A stretch of 64,000 nucleotides of DNA from Acidimicrobiia bacterium (GTDB lineage Bacteria > Actinomycetota > Acidimicrobiia > Spongiisociales > UBA11373): contig DATHSA010000033.1 of assembly GCA_035464675.1 (NCBI GenBank), positions 1,403 to 65,402 of the forward strand. Direction: 5' to 3'. The translations under genes and the position numbers were made by a program. Each line of letters begins with the position of its first letter. Position 1 is the stretch's first letter. The notes below the pieces were generated by a model. It did not search any database. It was not told where the DNA came from and saw only the letters and a list, made by a program, of their open reading frames with translations. Below are positions 1-9,544 of the stretch, piece after piece.

Positions 1-786
1 GTACTTCTGCCAGTAGATGTTGACCCCGAGCGACTCGCCCGCAGTCGGATGCTCTCCCGCGATCCGCAGCCGGAGCCCGAAACGCGTCCTCCACACCAGC
101 CACGCCGTGACCGGAACGAGGAAGAGTGTCAGGAGCGTGAAGATCCCCACATTGGCCACGAAGCCGCGAGCGAAGCTGGCTATGTCGCTCACGAAGAACA
201 CGTCCCACCGGTCGATCACCCCGAGGATGTCGGGGGTCTTCCAGCCGTAGAGATCGCCGCCGGCGAGGAACGGCACGGTGATGTTGCCGACGCCTTCGAT
301 CGACGGTGACTGGGTGATCGACCCGCCGGAGCGCCCCGTGAAGATCTCGGAGGAGAGGAACCTGACGATCCCCGGAGCCAGAAGGTTGACCGCCACGCCG
401 GACACGATGTGGTCCACCTTGAAGGTGACCGTGGCGATGGCATGGATGAGGCCGCCGAACGCGCCGCCGAGGAACCCGTAGAGAAGGCCGACCCATGGAC
501 CCCCGATGATCACGCCGTAGGCGCCGAACCAGGTCCCGAGGACCATCATGCCCTCGAGGCCGATGTTGACGACGCCGGCCCGCTCGGAGTAGAGCCCACC
601 CAGGCCGGCGAGCAGGATCGGCACCGCCCACCGCAGCATGGCCCCGGACGCATTCTCCGATGTGAGCCGTTCGAGGCCCCCGGGCTCGAGCACCTGGACG
701 AAGCTGAGGACCAGAACGCCCAGCGCGGCAGCGATCGAGTACCGGACCCAGGAAGGCTGCGCCCCGAACCGCTTGAGCGTCATCAT
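1..786 (-). CDS. ABC transporter permease (BMP/nucleoside type, second permease); 3' end lies outside the window
   Basis: Absent from the ORF track because it runs off the window edge. Hand translation from ATG 786..784 (ATGA overlap with the upstream permease stop) gives MTLKRFGAQPSWVRYSIAAALGVLVLSF...NIGLEGMMVLGTWFGAYG..., a polytopic permease-like sequence with high GC3. Confidence 0.8.
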   Translation of the reverse strand, partial: MMTLKRFGAQPSWVRYSIAAALGVLVLSFVQVLEPGGLERLTSENASGAMLRWAVPILLAGLGGLYSERAGVVNIGLEGMMVLGTWFGAYGVIIGGPWVGLLYGFLGGAFGGLIHAIATVTFKVDHIVSGVAVNLLAPGIVRFLSSEIFTGRSGGSITQSPSIEGVGNITVPFLAGGDLYGWKTPDILGVIDRWDVFFVSDIASFARGFVANVGIFTLLTLFLVPVTAWLVWRTRFGLRLRIAGEHPTAGESLGVNIYWQKY

Positions 787-1943
787 GCCGCCACCGCGCT
801 CGCGTCGAGCTCGGCCGCCGCCCGCTTGGCCTCGTCGCGTTCTCGATACCGCCTCACCGACTCGTAGGCGACGACGGCGGCCAACAGGATGATCCCCTGC
901 ATGATCACGACGATCTCACGCGTCGCCGCCCCGGTGATCTGGAGGATCGGCGACGAGACATCCATGAAGGCGAACAGCATGGCCCCGATGGCCACCCCGA
1001 CGGCGTGGTTGCGACCCAGCAGCGCCACCCCGATACCGGCGAAGCCCAGCCCCGGCAGAAACTCGGCGTCGTACCTGTGGTTGCGGCTGAGGATGTCGAC
1101 CATTCCCACGAGCCCCGCCATCAACCCCGAGTACACCATCGCCATGACCACCATCCGGTCGGCACGCACGCCGCCGGCGCGAGCCGCACCAGGGTTGTAA
1201 CCCGTGGAGCGCAGGTCGAACCCGAGCCTCGTCCTGTTGAGAAACACGTGGTAGATGACGCCCGCGACGATCGCTGCAATGAGCATCGACGAGATCCTTC
1301 GACCGCCGACGATCTCTCTCGTGAAAATCTCGAAGACACCGTTCAGGTCTGGCAGCCAGCCCGACTCCGGGATGTACTTCGTGCCCGAATTCGGGGTCAA
1401 CGGGCCGTCGCGCAGTTCGACCGTCAACCATGCGAGGATGCCGCTGATCGCGATCAGGTTGAGCATGATCGTGGAGATCACCTCGTTGATCCCCCGGGCC
1501 ACCTTGAGCCAACCGGCGAGACCCGACCAGATCGCCCCGACGAGCATGGCCACGATCATGATCAGGCTGACGTGGAGGATCCCGGGCAGGACGACATTCG
1601 CTCCGACCACTGCCGCGAAGAATCCGGCGAGCTGGTACTGGCCCTCGACGCCGATGTTGAAGAGGTTCATCCGGAACCCGATCGCGGCGGCGAGGCCGGA
1701 GAGGTAGAACGGCGTCGCCCGGTTGAGCATGTCGACGATCGTCTCCAGACGCCCCCCGTTGCGAAGCATGGCCCAGTAGGCCTCCAGCGGATCGCTTCCC
1801 GAGACCAGCAAGACGATCGCCGAGAGGGCGAGTGCGAAGACGATCGCGATGACGGGTGCGGCCGCCGCGAGGACGATTCGCCTCGCTGTGTTGGCTGCAC
1901 CGCGTACCGCCGGCGGCTTCGGGGGGCCTTTCGGACTGAGCAT
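783..1943 (-). CDS. ABC transporter permease (BMP/nucleoside type, first permease), 386 aa
   Basis: C-terminal 386 aa of ORF 783..2420. Start taken at ATG 1943 (MLSPKGPP...), 8 nt after the ATPase stop. The longer N-terminal extension is Arg/Pro-rich and overlaps the ATPase gene. Multi-TM with an FNIGVEGQ motif. Confidence 0.85.
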   Translation of the reverse strand: MLSPKGPPKPPAVRGAANTARRIVLAAAAPVIAIVFALALSAIVLLVSGSDPLEAYWAMLRNGGRLETIVDMLNRATPFYLSGLAAAIGFRMNLFNIGVEGQYQLAGFFAAVVGANVVLPGILHVSLIMIVAMLVGAIWSGLAGWLKVARGINEVISTIMLNLIAISGILAWLTVELRDGPLTPNSGTKYIPESGWLPDLNGVFEIFTREIVGGRRISSMLIAAIVAGVIYHVFLNRTRLGFDLRSTGYNPGAARAGGVRADRMVVMAMVYSGLMAGLVGMVDILSRNHRYDAEFLPGLGFAGIGVALLGRNHAVGVAIGAMLFAFMDVSSPILQITGAATREIVVIMQGIILLAAVVAYESVRRYRERDEAKRAAAELDASAVAA

Positions 1944-1951
1944 CGGATCGG

Positions 1952-3478
1952 TCACGCCGCTCCCTCGCCCAGGGCGGCGCCCGTCATGTACGAACCGAGA
2001 TCGCGGGGAGTCACACGCTCGGGATCGAGCCGCGCCACGATCCGGCCCCGCAAGATCACCACGATCGTGTCCGACAGTCCGATGAGCTCCTCGAGGTCGG
2101 CGGAGACGAGTACGGTCGCCATGCCATCGGCGCGGGCCCGGCGCAGGTCCCGCCAGACGTCTGCCTGGGCGCCGACATCGATGCCCCGGGTCGGATGTGC
2201 GGCGATCAGGACGTCGGGCTTCGACGCCATCTCCCGGCCGACGATCAGCTTCTGCTGATTGCCCCCCGACAGAGCGTGGGCGGCCACTTCGATGCTCGGC
2301 GTCCGGACGTCGAACGCATCGACGACCTCCCGGGTCCGGAGCCTGGCGCCGATACGATCGAACCATATGCCCCTCGCGAACGGCCGTTGGGTCTGATGGC
2401 CCATGGCGGTGTTCTCCCACAGTGGAGCCTGCAGCAACAAACCCTCACGCTGGCGGTCCTGCGGGATGTAGGCGAGCCCGTGCTCCCGGCGCCCCCGTAC
2501 GGTCCACGACGTGGCGTCCTCGCCCTTCAGCTCGATGGTGCCGGCAGCGACCGGGTGCGTCCCGATGAGGGCGTTGATGAGCTCGGCCTGGCCGTTGCCC
2601 TCCACCCCGGCGATGCCGAGGATCTCGCCGCGGTGGACGTCGAACGACACATCGTCCACGACAACGCGCTCGTCCTCGTCGAGCACCGTGAGGCCCCGGA
2701 CGGACACCGCCACCTCATCGGTGACCGTCGACAGCTCGGTGCTCGGGGACGGCAGCTCCGAGCCGACCATCAACTCGGCGAGGTCTCCGGAGGTGACATC
2801 GTCCGGCTTGACGGTCGCCACCGTCCGGCCCTGCCGCATGACGGTGATCGTGTCCGAGATCTCGAGGATCTCATCGAGCTTGTGGTCGATGAAGAGGATG
2901 GTCGATCCGACAGCCTTCAGCTCGCGGAGGTTGCGGAACAGCTCCTCGACCTCCTGGGGGACGAGGACGGCGGTGGGCTCGTCGAGGATGAGGATCTCCG
3001 CCCCCCGGTACAGCACCTTGATGATCTCCACCCGCTGGCGCTCGCCGACCTCGAGTGTCTCCGCGAGCTCGTCCGGATCGACGGTGAGTCCGTACGCCTG
3101 ACTCACCTCGGCCAGATGTGCCTTGGCGGTGGGGAAATCGATGCGGCCGAGGGCGCGCATCGGCTCGGATCCAAGGATGACGTTCTCGAGAACGGTGAGT
3201 TGGTCGGCGAGCATGAAATGCTGGTGAACCATGCCGATGCCGTGGGCGATCGCGTCGCTCGGCGATCGGAACCGCACCTGCTCCCCGCGCACGAACATCT
3301 CACCCTCGTCGGGCTGGAGCATCCCGTAGAGGATCTTCATGAGGGTCGACTTGCCGGCGCCGTTCTCACCACATATGGCGTGGATCTCGCCGGCCTCGAC
3401 ACTGAGATCGACGCGGTCGTTGGCCACGACACCGGGGAACCGCTTCGTGATCCCCCTCAGTTCGATGGCGACCGTCAA
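1952..3478 (-). CDS. ABC transporter ATP-binding protein with two nucleotide-binding domains (sugar/nucleoside importer type)
   Basis: Walker A GENGAGKST, second NBD GVEGNGQ, signature LSGGNQQK. Start chosen at TTG 3478 (MTVAIELRGITKRF), preceded by AGGGGAGGA with a 7-nt spacer. The ORF track start at 3508 is also possible. Confidence 0.9.
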   Translation of the reverse strand: MTVAIELRGITKRFPGVVANDRVDLSVEAGEIHAICGENGAGKSTLMKILYGMLQPDEGEMFVRGEQVRFRSPSDAIAHGIGMVHQHFMLADQLTVLENVILGSEPMRALGRIDFPTAKAHLAEVSQAYGLTVDPDELAETLEVGERQRVEIIKVLYRGAEILILDEPTAVLVPQEVEELFRNLRELKAVGSTILFIDHKLDEILEISDTITVMRQGRTVATVKPDDVTSGDLAELMVGSELPSPSTELSTVTDEVAVSVRGLTVLDEDERVVVDDVSFDVHRGEILGIAGVEGNGQAELINALIGTHPVAAGTIELKGEDATSWTVRGRREHGLAYIPQDRQREGLLLQAPLWENTAMGHQTQRPFARGIWFDRIGARLRTREVVDAFDVRTPSIEVAAHALSGGNQQKLIVGREMASKPDVLIAAHPTRGIDVGAQADVWRDLRRARADGMATVLVSADLEELIGLSDTIVVILRGRIVARLDPERVTPRDLGSYMTGAALGEGAA

Positions 3479-3515
3479 CGATCGTCCTCCCCTGGAATCC
3501 GACACCAAGCGACGC

Positions 3516-3552
3516 GCGAAGCGGGACCGAGCCTAGCCCGGTCCCGCTTCGC
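3516..3552 (-). promoter_or_regulatory. Perfect 14-bp stem / 9-nt loop hairpin between the substrate-binding-protein gene and the ATPase gene
   Basis: GCGAAGCGGGACCG-agcctagcc-CGGTCCCGCTTCGC, read directly. Lies inside the 109-nt intercistronic gap (3479-3587) of the operon. Confidence 0.7.
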
Positions 3553-3587
3553 CACGCACACGGGGGTGCGTGCGGTCGTCGTCGAGG

Positions 3588-4832
3588 CTACGCGTCCTCG
3601 GGCAACACCGGAACGACGATCTCACCGGCCACGATCTGTGCCTTGTAGGCCTCGAGCTGGTCGACGATGTCGTCGATGAACCCGCCGCTGGTCGAGTAGC
3701 CCACACCGTCGGCGGCGAGGTCGTACTCGGTCGGACCGGCGGTGAAGTTGCCGGTCAGGTGGTCGGCGATCGCATAGAAGACGGCGACGTCGACGCGCTT
3801 GTTCATCGACGTGAGCACGTACTCCTGCTGCGAGGGATCGACGGTGAGGTACTGGTCGGAGTCGACTCCGATGCCCCACACCTTTTCGACTGGCACGTCT
3901 GGGAACGTCGCCGCCTCACTGAACTCCTTGGCTGCGGCAAACATCCCCGAGCCGGAGAGGCCGGCGGCGGCATAGATGATGTCCGCACCCTCGTCGTACA
4001 TGGCGAGCGCGATCTCACGGCCGAGGTCGGGTGCGCCGAACCCACCGAAGTTCGGGAACTCGGTGATGTACTCGGACACGATCTCGATGTCGGGGTTGAC
4101 CGCCCGGGCTCCGGCGATGAACCCGGCCTCGAACTTCTCGATCAGCCCGATGCCACTGACGCCCCCGATGAATCCGAGCTTGCCGGTCTGCGTCTTGAGG
4201 GCAGCCGCCACGCCGACGAGGAACGAGCCCTCGTGCTCGGCGAACACCATGCCACGCACGTTGGCGCAGTACGGCTCCGGTGGATCGAACGCGAAGTTGA
4301 GCATGCCGGAGTCCGTGATCGCGAAGTTCACGAACGGGTTGTTCTCGCAGACCTCCGGGAAGGCGGCCTCGAACGAGAAGCCGTTGCCGATGACGATCTG
4401 TGAGTTCTCCGCCTGCAGCTGCAGGTCGGTGGCGCGGGCAGCGGCGTCCGTCGGGGTGATCTCCGTGGAGGTGACACCGAACAGCGCCTTGGCCCAGTCC
4501 ACACCGCACGCCGCGGCGTCGTTGAACGACTGGTCACCGCGTCCGAGCAGGTCGAACGTAAGGCCGACGTTCACACCGGTCCCGTCGGCTTCGACGTCGT
4601 AGGCCCCCTTGATGTCGAGGCAGAAGTCGGGCACGCCCGCAGGACGTGCCGGGACGTCGGTGGTGGTTGTCGTATCGCCCGCCATCGTCGTGGTCACGGG
4701 CGCTGCCGTCGTCGTCGGTGCCTGGGTGGTCGGCGGCGCCGACGTGGTCGTGGCGTCGTCATCACCGCAAGCGGCGACTACGAGGAGAAAGGCCGCAAAC
4801 AGCGCGGCGACTCCCCAGCGTCTCTTCAACAT
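3588..4832 (-). CDS. BMP family (PnrA/Med-like) ABC substrate-binding lipoprotein, 414 aa
   Basis: Lipobox LVVAACGDD followed by a Thr/Pro-rich linker. Body resembles basic-membrane-protein nucleoside-binding proteins. GGAG Shine-Dalgarno (SD) upstream of ATG 4832. First gene of the operon with the ATPase and two permeases. Confidence 0.85.
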   Translation of the reverse strand: MLKRRWGVAALFAAFLLVVAACGDDDATTTSAPPTTQAPTTTAAPVTTTMAGDTTTTTDVPARPAGVPDFCLDIKGAYDVEADGTGVNVGLTFDLLGRGDQSFNDAAACGVDWAKALFGVTSTEITPTDAAARATDLQLQAENSQIVIGNGFSFEAAFPEVCENNPFVNFAITDSGMLNFAFDPPEPYCANVRGMVFAEHEGSFLVGVAAALKTQTGKLGFIGGVSGIGLIEKFEAGFIAGARAVNPDIEIVSEYITEFPNFGGFGAPDLGREIALAMYDEGADIIYAAAGLSGSGMFAAAKEFSEAATFPDVPVEKVWGIGVDSDQYLTVDPSQQEYVLTSMNKRVDVAVFYAIADHLTGNFTAGPTEYDLAADGVGYSTSGGFIDDIVDQLEAYKAQIVAGEIVVPVLPEDA

Positions 4833-4843
4833 GAGTGTCTACT

Positions 4844-4855
4844 CCTATGCATAGG
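4844..4855. promoter_or_regulatory. 12-bp perfect palindrome CCTATGCATAGG overlapping the SD of the BMP lipoprotein gene
   Basis: Read directly. AT-rich relative to the surrounding sequence. Its 3' half provides the TAGGAG SD on the minus strand. Confidence 0.3.
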
Positions 4856-5024
4856 GTTGGGATCTGCCCTCCAGAGACGGCCGATCGGGCGTCAGTGTAG
4901 GTCGGTCGACCGGGTCCCTGCCTGCCGCTGGCAGTCGGTCGCGCGGAGGCGCGAAGAACTCCCCTATGTCACCGAGTGGCGGATTCCGGGGGCTTCGCGC
5001 CGAAGGCTGGGGCCGGAGGCCGTC

Positions 5025-7532
5025 TCAGCCTTCCGAATCGGCCATCTCCACCGGCGGCTGATCCGGCGCCTCGATCGGGGAGAACGTGATCTGCTCCGGA
5101 TCCTCGGGATCGAGGTCGACGAGGATCGTCGATCCTGCTGAGAACTCGCCGAACAGCACCTTCTCGGAGAGCTGATCCTCCAGCATTCGCTGGATGGCGC
5201 GACGCAGGGGCCGGGCGCCCAGCTGCGGGTCATAGCCCTTGGTGCCGAGCAGCGCCTTGGCGTCGTCGGTGAGCACCAGGTCCAGCGCCTGGGACTTGAG
5301 CTGCTCGCGGACGCGAACCAGCATGAGGTCCACGATCGACTTGACCTCGTCCATGGTCAACTCGTGGAACACGATCACCTCGTCGATTCGGTTCAGGAAC
5401 TCGGGACGGAATTGCTTCTTGAGCGCCTCGGTCACCTTCTCCTTGATCTTCTGATAGGAGATCTCCTCGGTCTCCGACGCGAAGCCGATCGACTTGCGCT
5501 TCAGCTCCTGGGTCCCCAGGTTCGAGGTCATGATGATGACGGTGTTCTTGAAATCCACCGTGCGGCCCTGCGAGTCGGTGAGCCGCCCGTCCTCGAGGAT
5601 CTGCAGCAGCGTGTTGAACACGTCGGGATGCGCCTTTTCGATCTCGTCGAAGAGCACCACCGAGAACGGCTTGCGGCGCACGGCCTCGGTGAGCTGCCCA
5701 CCCTCGTCGTAACCCACGTATCCCGGAGGGGACCCGACCAGGCGGCTCACCGTGTGCTTCTCCATGTACTCGGACATGTCGAGCTGGATGAGGGCGTGCT
5801 CGTCGCCGAACAGGAACTCGGCAAGGGCCTTGGCGGTCTCGGTCTTCCCGACGCCCGACGGTCCGAGGAAGATGAACGATCCGGCCGGGCGCTTGGGGTC
5901 CTTGAGGCCGGCCCGGGTCCTGCGGATGGCACGGCTGACGGCTTGGATCGCCTCGTGCTGGCCGACGATGCGCTTGTGGAGCTCATCCTCCATCTTGAGG
6001 AGCTTGGCGGTCTCCTCCTCGGTGAGGCTCTGCACCGGGATGCCGGTCCATTGGGCCAGCACCTCGGCGATCTGCTCCTCGTCGATGATCGAGCCGACGA
6101 CGTCTTCGGATTCACCCAGCGACGACTCGGCGTCGCTGCGGTCGGAGACGAGAGTGCGCTCCTCGTCGCGCAGCTTGGCGGCCTGCTCGTACTGCTGGTC
6201 CTGGACTGCCGTCTCCTTGCGCTTGCGCACGTCGACGAGCTTGCCCTCGATCGCCTCCAGCTCGGGTGTCGGGGGTCTGCGATTGATCCGCATGCGGCTG
6301 CCGGCCTCGTCGATGAGGTCGATGGCCTTGTCCGGCAGGTGCCGGTCGGCGATGTACCGGTCGGCGAGGTTGGCGGCGGACACGAGGGCCTGATCGGTAT
6401 ACGACGCGCGGTGATGCGCCTCGTACTTCTCCCGCAGCCCGGTGAGGATCTGGATCGTCTCGGCGACGGTCGGCTCGTCGACCTGGATCGGCTGGAACCG
6501 GCGTTCGAGGGCCGAGTCCTTCTCGAGGTACTTCCGGTACTCCTCGAGTGTGGTGGCACCGATGGTCTGGAGCTCTCCGCGGGCCAACATCGGCTTGAGG
6601 ATGCTGGCGGCGTCGATTGCCCCCTCGGCGGCACCCGCCCCCACCAGGGTGTGGATCTCGTCGATGAAGAGAATGATGTCGCCGCGGGTGCGGATCTCCT
6701 TGAGGACCTTCTTGAGACGCTCCTCGAAGTCTCCGCGGTAGCGCGACCCGGCGACCAGGGCGCCCAGGTCGAGGGTGTAGAGGTGCTTACCGTTGAGGGT
6801 CTCCGGCACGTCGCCGGCCACGATCCGCTGCGCCAGGCCCTCGACGATCGCGGTCTTCCCCACCCCCGGCTCGCCGATGAGCACCGGATTGTTCTTGGTT
6901 CGGCGGGAGAGGATCTGCATGACACGCTCGATCTCGCGTTGGCGACCGATGACCGGGTCGAGCTTGCGGTCGCGGGCGTACTGCGTGAGGTTCCGGCCGA
7001 ACTGGTCCAGAACCGTCGAGCCGCTGGCGCTCTCTGAGCTGCCCCGGCCGCGTCCCGACGAGCCGGCCGGCTCACCAGACGACGGCTCGTCGCCCTGGGC
7101 GCCGGAGAGCAGCTGGATCACCGTTTGGCGGACCTTGTGGAGCTCGGCTCCCAGCTTCTGGAGGACCTGAGCGGCGACCCCCTCGCCCTCACGGATGAGA
7201 CCAAGAAGGATGTGCTCGGTGCCGATGTAGTTGTGACCGAGTTGGAGGGCCTCGCGTAGCGACAGCTCGAGCACCTTCTTGGCCCTCGGCGTGAAGGGGA
7301 TGTGACCAGAGGGCGCCTGGGCTCCCTGGCCGATGATCTCGACGACCTGGCTGCGCACTGACTCGAGGGAGATTCCCATGCTCTCGAGCGCGCGGGCTGC
7401 AACGCCTTCCCCCTCGTGGATGAGGCCGAGGAGGATGTGCTCGGTACCGATGTAGTTGTGATTGAGCAGCCGGGCTTCCTCCTGCGCGAGGACCACGACC
7501 CTCCTGGCTCTATCGGTGAACCGTTCGAACAA
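5025..7532 (-). CDS. clpC: ATP-dependent Clp protease ATP-binding subunit ClpC, 835 aa
   Basis: N-terminus [36 protein letters not shown] (repeated Clp_N domain), two AAA+ modules ([16 protein letters not shown]), UVR-like linker. Start at TTG 7532 preceded by AGGGAG with a 7-nt spacer. The ORF-track start at 7613 adds a non-conserved extension. Confidence 0.95.
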   Translation of the reverse strand: MFERFTDRARRVVVLAQEEARLLNHNYIGTEHILLGLIHEGEGVAARALESMGISLESVRSQVVEIIGQGAQAPSGHIPFTPRAKKVLELSLREALQLGHNYIGTEHILLGLIREGEGVAAQVLQKLGAELHKVRQTVIQLLSGAQGDEPSSGEPAGSSGRGRGSSESASGSTVLDQFGRNLTQYARDRKLDPVIGRQREIERVMQILSRRTKNNPVLIGEPGVGKTAIVEGLAQRIVAGDVPETLNGKHLYTLDLGALVAGSRYRGDFEERLKKVLKEIRTRGDIILFIDEIHTLVGAGAAEGAIDAASILKPMLARGELQTIGATTLEEYRKYLEKDSALERRFQPIQVDEPTVAETIQILTGLREKYEAHHRASYTDQALVSAANLADRYIADRHLPDKAIDLIDEAGSRMRINRRPPTPELEAIEGKLVDVRKRKETAVQDQQYEQAAKLRDEERTLVSDRSDAESSLGESEDVVGSIIDEEQIAEVLAQWTGIPVQSLTEEETAKLLKMEDELHKRIVGQHEAIQAVSRAIRRTRAGLKDPKRPAGSFIFLGPSGVGKTETAKALAEFLFGDEHALIQLDMSEYMEKHTVSRLVGSPPGYVGYDEGGQLTEAVRRKPFSVVLFDEIEKAHPDVFNTLLQILEDGRLTDSQGRTVDFKNTVIIMTSNLGTQELKRKSIGFASETEEISYQKIKEKVTEALKKQFRPEFLNRIDEVIVFHELTMDEVKSIVDLMLVRVREQLKSQALDLVLTDDAKALLGTKGYDPQLGARPLRRAIQRMLEDQLSEKVLFGEFSAGSTILVDLDPEDPEQITFSPIEAPDQPPVEMADSEG

Positions 7533-7640
7533 CGTCTGACTCCCTAGACGACGATGGCGCTCCCGGGTCCCGTCCGGAGGCGCCTTTGCGACTATAGCCG
7601 TGAGACGATCCAAGACAGGGAGCCCTATTCCGTCCCCTTC

Positions 7641-7667
7641 AACAGCAATGTCGGCTCAATGCTTCCC
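7641..7667 (-). promoter_or_regulatory. Candidate SigH/SigR-type promoter (GGGAAG-N18-GTT) about 100 nt upstream of clpC
   Basis: Minus strand reads GGGAAGC ATTGAGCCGACATTGCT GTT. Spacing matches GGAAT-N18-GTT with one mismatch. A TATAGT box at 7596..7591 (minus) is an alternative housekeeping -10. Confidence 0.25.
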
Positions 7668-7762
7668 GGACCTGAGCAGCGGGCGGGTCACGGAAGGCAA
7701 GGCAGCGCGATCCGACTCGTCGTCGGTTCGGTGCCGACTCGCCGTCGAATGGTCCTGGCCCA

Positions 7763-7768
7763 TATGGT
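7763..7768 (+). promoter_or_regulatory. Putative -10 box TATGGT, 7 nt upstream of ATG 7776 (leaderless layout)
   Basis: TANNNT-N7-ATG read directly. No SD upstream of any of the three candidate ATGs (7749, 7764, 7776). Confidence 0.35.
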
Positions 7769-7775
7769 CGCCGCC

Positions 7776-8540
7776 ATGCAAGGTCTGCCGGCAGCCGGGA
7801 CCCCGGTGCTTCACTACCTGCCGATCGTATCGACGGTGATCGCCATCGCATTCACGGGGGTGCTCTGGAGGCACTGGCGGCGGTCACCCGACAAGCGCTA
7901 CCTCATGTGGTGGACGATCGGGGTCGCCCTCTTCGGACTGGGAACGCTCACCGAAGCCGTGACCACTCTGTTCGGATGGCACGAGCCGATCTTCCGAGCG
8001 TGGTACATCGCCGGCGCGCTTCTCGGAGGAGCGCCGCTGGCTCAAGGAACGGTCTACCTGCTCATCAAGCGCCGAACGGCAGACCGCCTGACCGTGGCCC
8101 TCCTCGTCTACGTGGCCATCGCCTCCGTCTTCGTCCTGACCACGCCGCTCGCCCCCGACGCTTCGGCCGTCGGCCGCCTGGACGGCGACGCCATGGAATG
8201 GCAATGGGTTCGGCTGTTCTCACCACTCATCAACACCTACGCCCTGGTCTTCCTGGTCGGCGGGGCAATCTGGTCGGCCGTCCGGTACCGCCGCTCCGCA
8301 CAGGGTTCATCGGCCCGGGTGTGGGGGAACTGGCTCATCGCCATCGGCGCCCTGCTCCCGGGTATCGGAGGTGCCTTCACCAGAGCCGGGCACGTCGAGG
8401 TCCTGTACGTCGGCGAGATGATCGGACTGATCCTGATTTGGGGGGGATACACGCTGATCGTCGGCGATCGCTCGCCGTCGATCCACACTGCACAGCGGGC
8501 CGCCTACGAGGCGCGCCCGATCGGAAAGGGAGCCACATGA
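7776..8540 (+). CDS. Polytopic membrane protein of unknown function (about 7 TM), translationally coupled to the downstream HmuT-like gene
   Basis: Part of ORF 7554..8540. Hydrophobic segments throughout (IVSTVIAIAFTGVLW, WWTIGVALFGLGTL, WYIAGALLGGAPL, ...). The stop TGA overlaps ATG 8537 of the next gene. Start uncertain (7749, 7764 or 7776). I recognise no family. Confidence 0.7.
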   Translation: MQGLPAAGTPVLHYLPIVSTVIAIAFTGVLWRHWRRSPDKRYLMWWTIGVALFGLGTLTEAVTTLFGWHEPIFRAWYIAGALLGGAPLAQGTVYLLIKRRTADRLTVALLVYVAIASVFVLTTPLAPDASAVGRLDGDAMEWQWVRLFSPLINTYALVFLVGGAIWSAVRYRRSAQGSSARVWGNWLIAIGALLPGIGGAFTRAGHVEVLYVGEMIGLILIWGGYTLIVGDRSPSIHTAQRAAYEARPIGKGAT

Positions 8541-9544
8541 GACCACTGACGACACGGTCGGCAGCGGCTGTCGCCGTCCTTCTGCTCGTCGTCGCCGCCT
8601 GCGGCGACGACGGTGCCGCGACCACGAGCACGGCGGCCACGTCGACGACGACGGTTGCGGCAACGACCAGCACGGCACCCACAACGACGACAAGCGTCTC
8701 CGAGACGATCACGGTCGTCGGCGACGACGGTGTCGAGTCAGAGATAACGGATGCGTCGCGCATCGTCTCGCTCAGCGGAGATCTCACCGAGATCCTCTTC
8801 GCGCTCGGCGAGGGAGACCGCGTCGTGGCCATCGACGTCACCACGACCTACCCCGAGGAGGCAACCGCACTTCCCGTGATCGGGTTCGGACAGATGCTCG
8901 CACCCGAGCCGGTGCTGGCGCTCCAGCCGACGGTCGTGCTGGCCAACGATCTGACGGCTCCCCCCGAGGCCATCGAACAGATTCGGGGAGCCGGAGTGCC
9001 CGTCGTGGTCCTCGCCACTGGAGGGTCCTTCGACGCGGTGGGCCACAAGATCCGCACGATCGCAGAGATCGCGGGCGTCCCCGACAAGGGCCAGGCGCTC
9101 GCCCAACAGGTCGACGCGGAGATCGAGGCAGCCACCTCCCTGGCCGCCCAGGCCGACTCGACGCCCCGGGTCGCCTTCATCTACAGCCGGGGACCGCAAT
9201 TGCTGCTTCTCTTCGGGATCGGCACGGGCACCAACGCCATGATCGAGGGGGCCAACGCCATCGACGTGGGTGCCGAGGCCGGCATCTTCGGTGCCGTCCC
9301 GGTCTCCGCCGAGGCGCTCATCGCCGCCGCTCCCGATGTCATCGTGCTGCCCGAGGCCGGCCTCCAGGCCCTGGGCGGCGTCGATGCACTTCTGGGTGCG
9401 ATCCCCGGCCTGGCACAGACGCCCGCCGGACAGAACGGAGCCTTCCTCGCCTACGACGAGGCCTATTTCTTCAACCTCGGTCCACGCGTGGGCCAGGCGC
9501 TCATGGAGTTCGTGCTAGACCTCCATCCCGAGCTTGCCGGATAG
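8537..9544 (+). CDS. Hemin/iron-siderophore/cobalamin-class ABC substrate-binding lipoprotein (HmuT-like), 335 aa
   Basis: Internal ATG 8537 in ORF 7907..9544 (MRPLTTRSAAAVAVLLLVVAACGDD lipobox, Thr-rich linker). Periplasmic-binding-protein type 2 body. Followed by a FecCD permease and an ATPase. Confidence 0.85.
   Translation: MRPLTTRSAAAVAVLLLVVAACGDDGAATTSTAATSTTTVAATTSTAPTTTTSVSETITVVGDDGVESEITDASRIVSLSGDLTEILFALGEGDRVVAIDVTTTYPEEATALPVIGFGQMLAPEPVLALQPTVVLANDLTAPPEAIEQIRGAGVPVVVLATGGSFDAVGHKIRTIAEIAGVPDKGQALAQQVDAEIEAATSLAAQADSTPRVAFIYSRGPQLLLLFGIGTGTNAMIEGANAIDVGAEAGIFGAVPVSAEALIAAAPDVIVLPEAGLQALGGVDALLGAIPGLAQTPAGQNGAFLAYDEAYFFNLGPRVGQALMEFVLDLHPELAG

Noticed and set aside
5364-7037. 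557-aa plus-strand ORF (and others, such as 5747..7075 on the minus strand) inside the clpC region
   Set aside because: Antisense or out of frame to an unambiguous ClpC gene. Translations are Arg/Leu/Gly/Asp-rich low-complexity sequence with no motifs. This is a typical long-ORF artefact of ~70% GC DNA.
7581-7590. ClgR-type operator (CGC-N5-GCG) upstream of clpC
   Set aside because: The only candidate, CGCCTTTGCG, has 4-nt spacing and lacks the flanking consensus.
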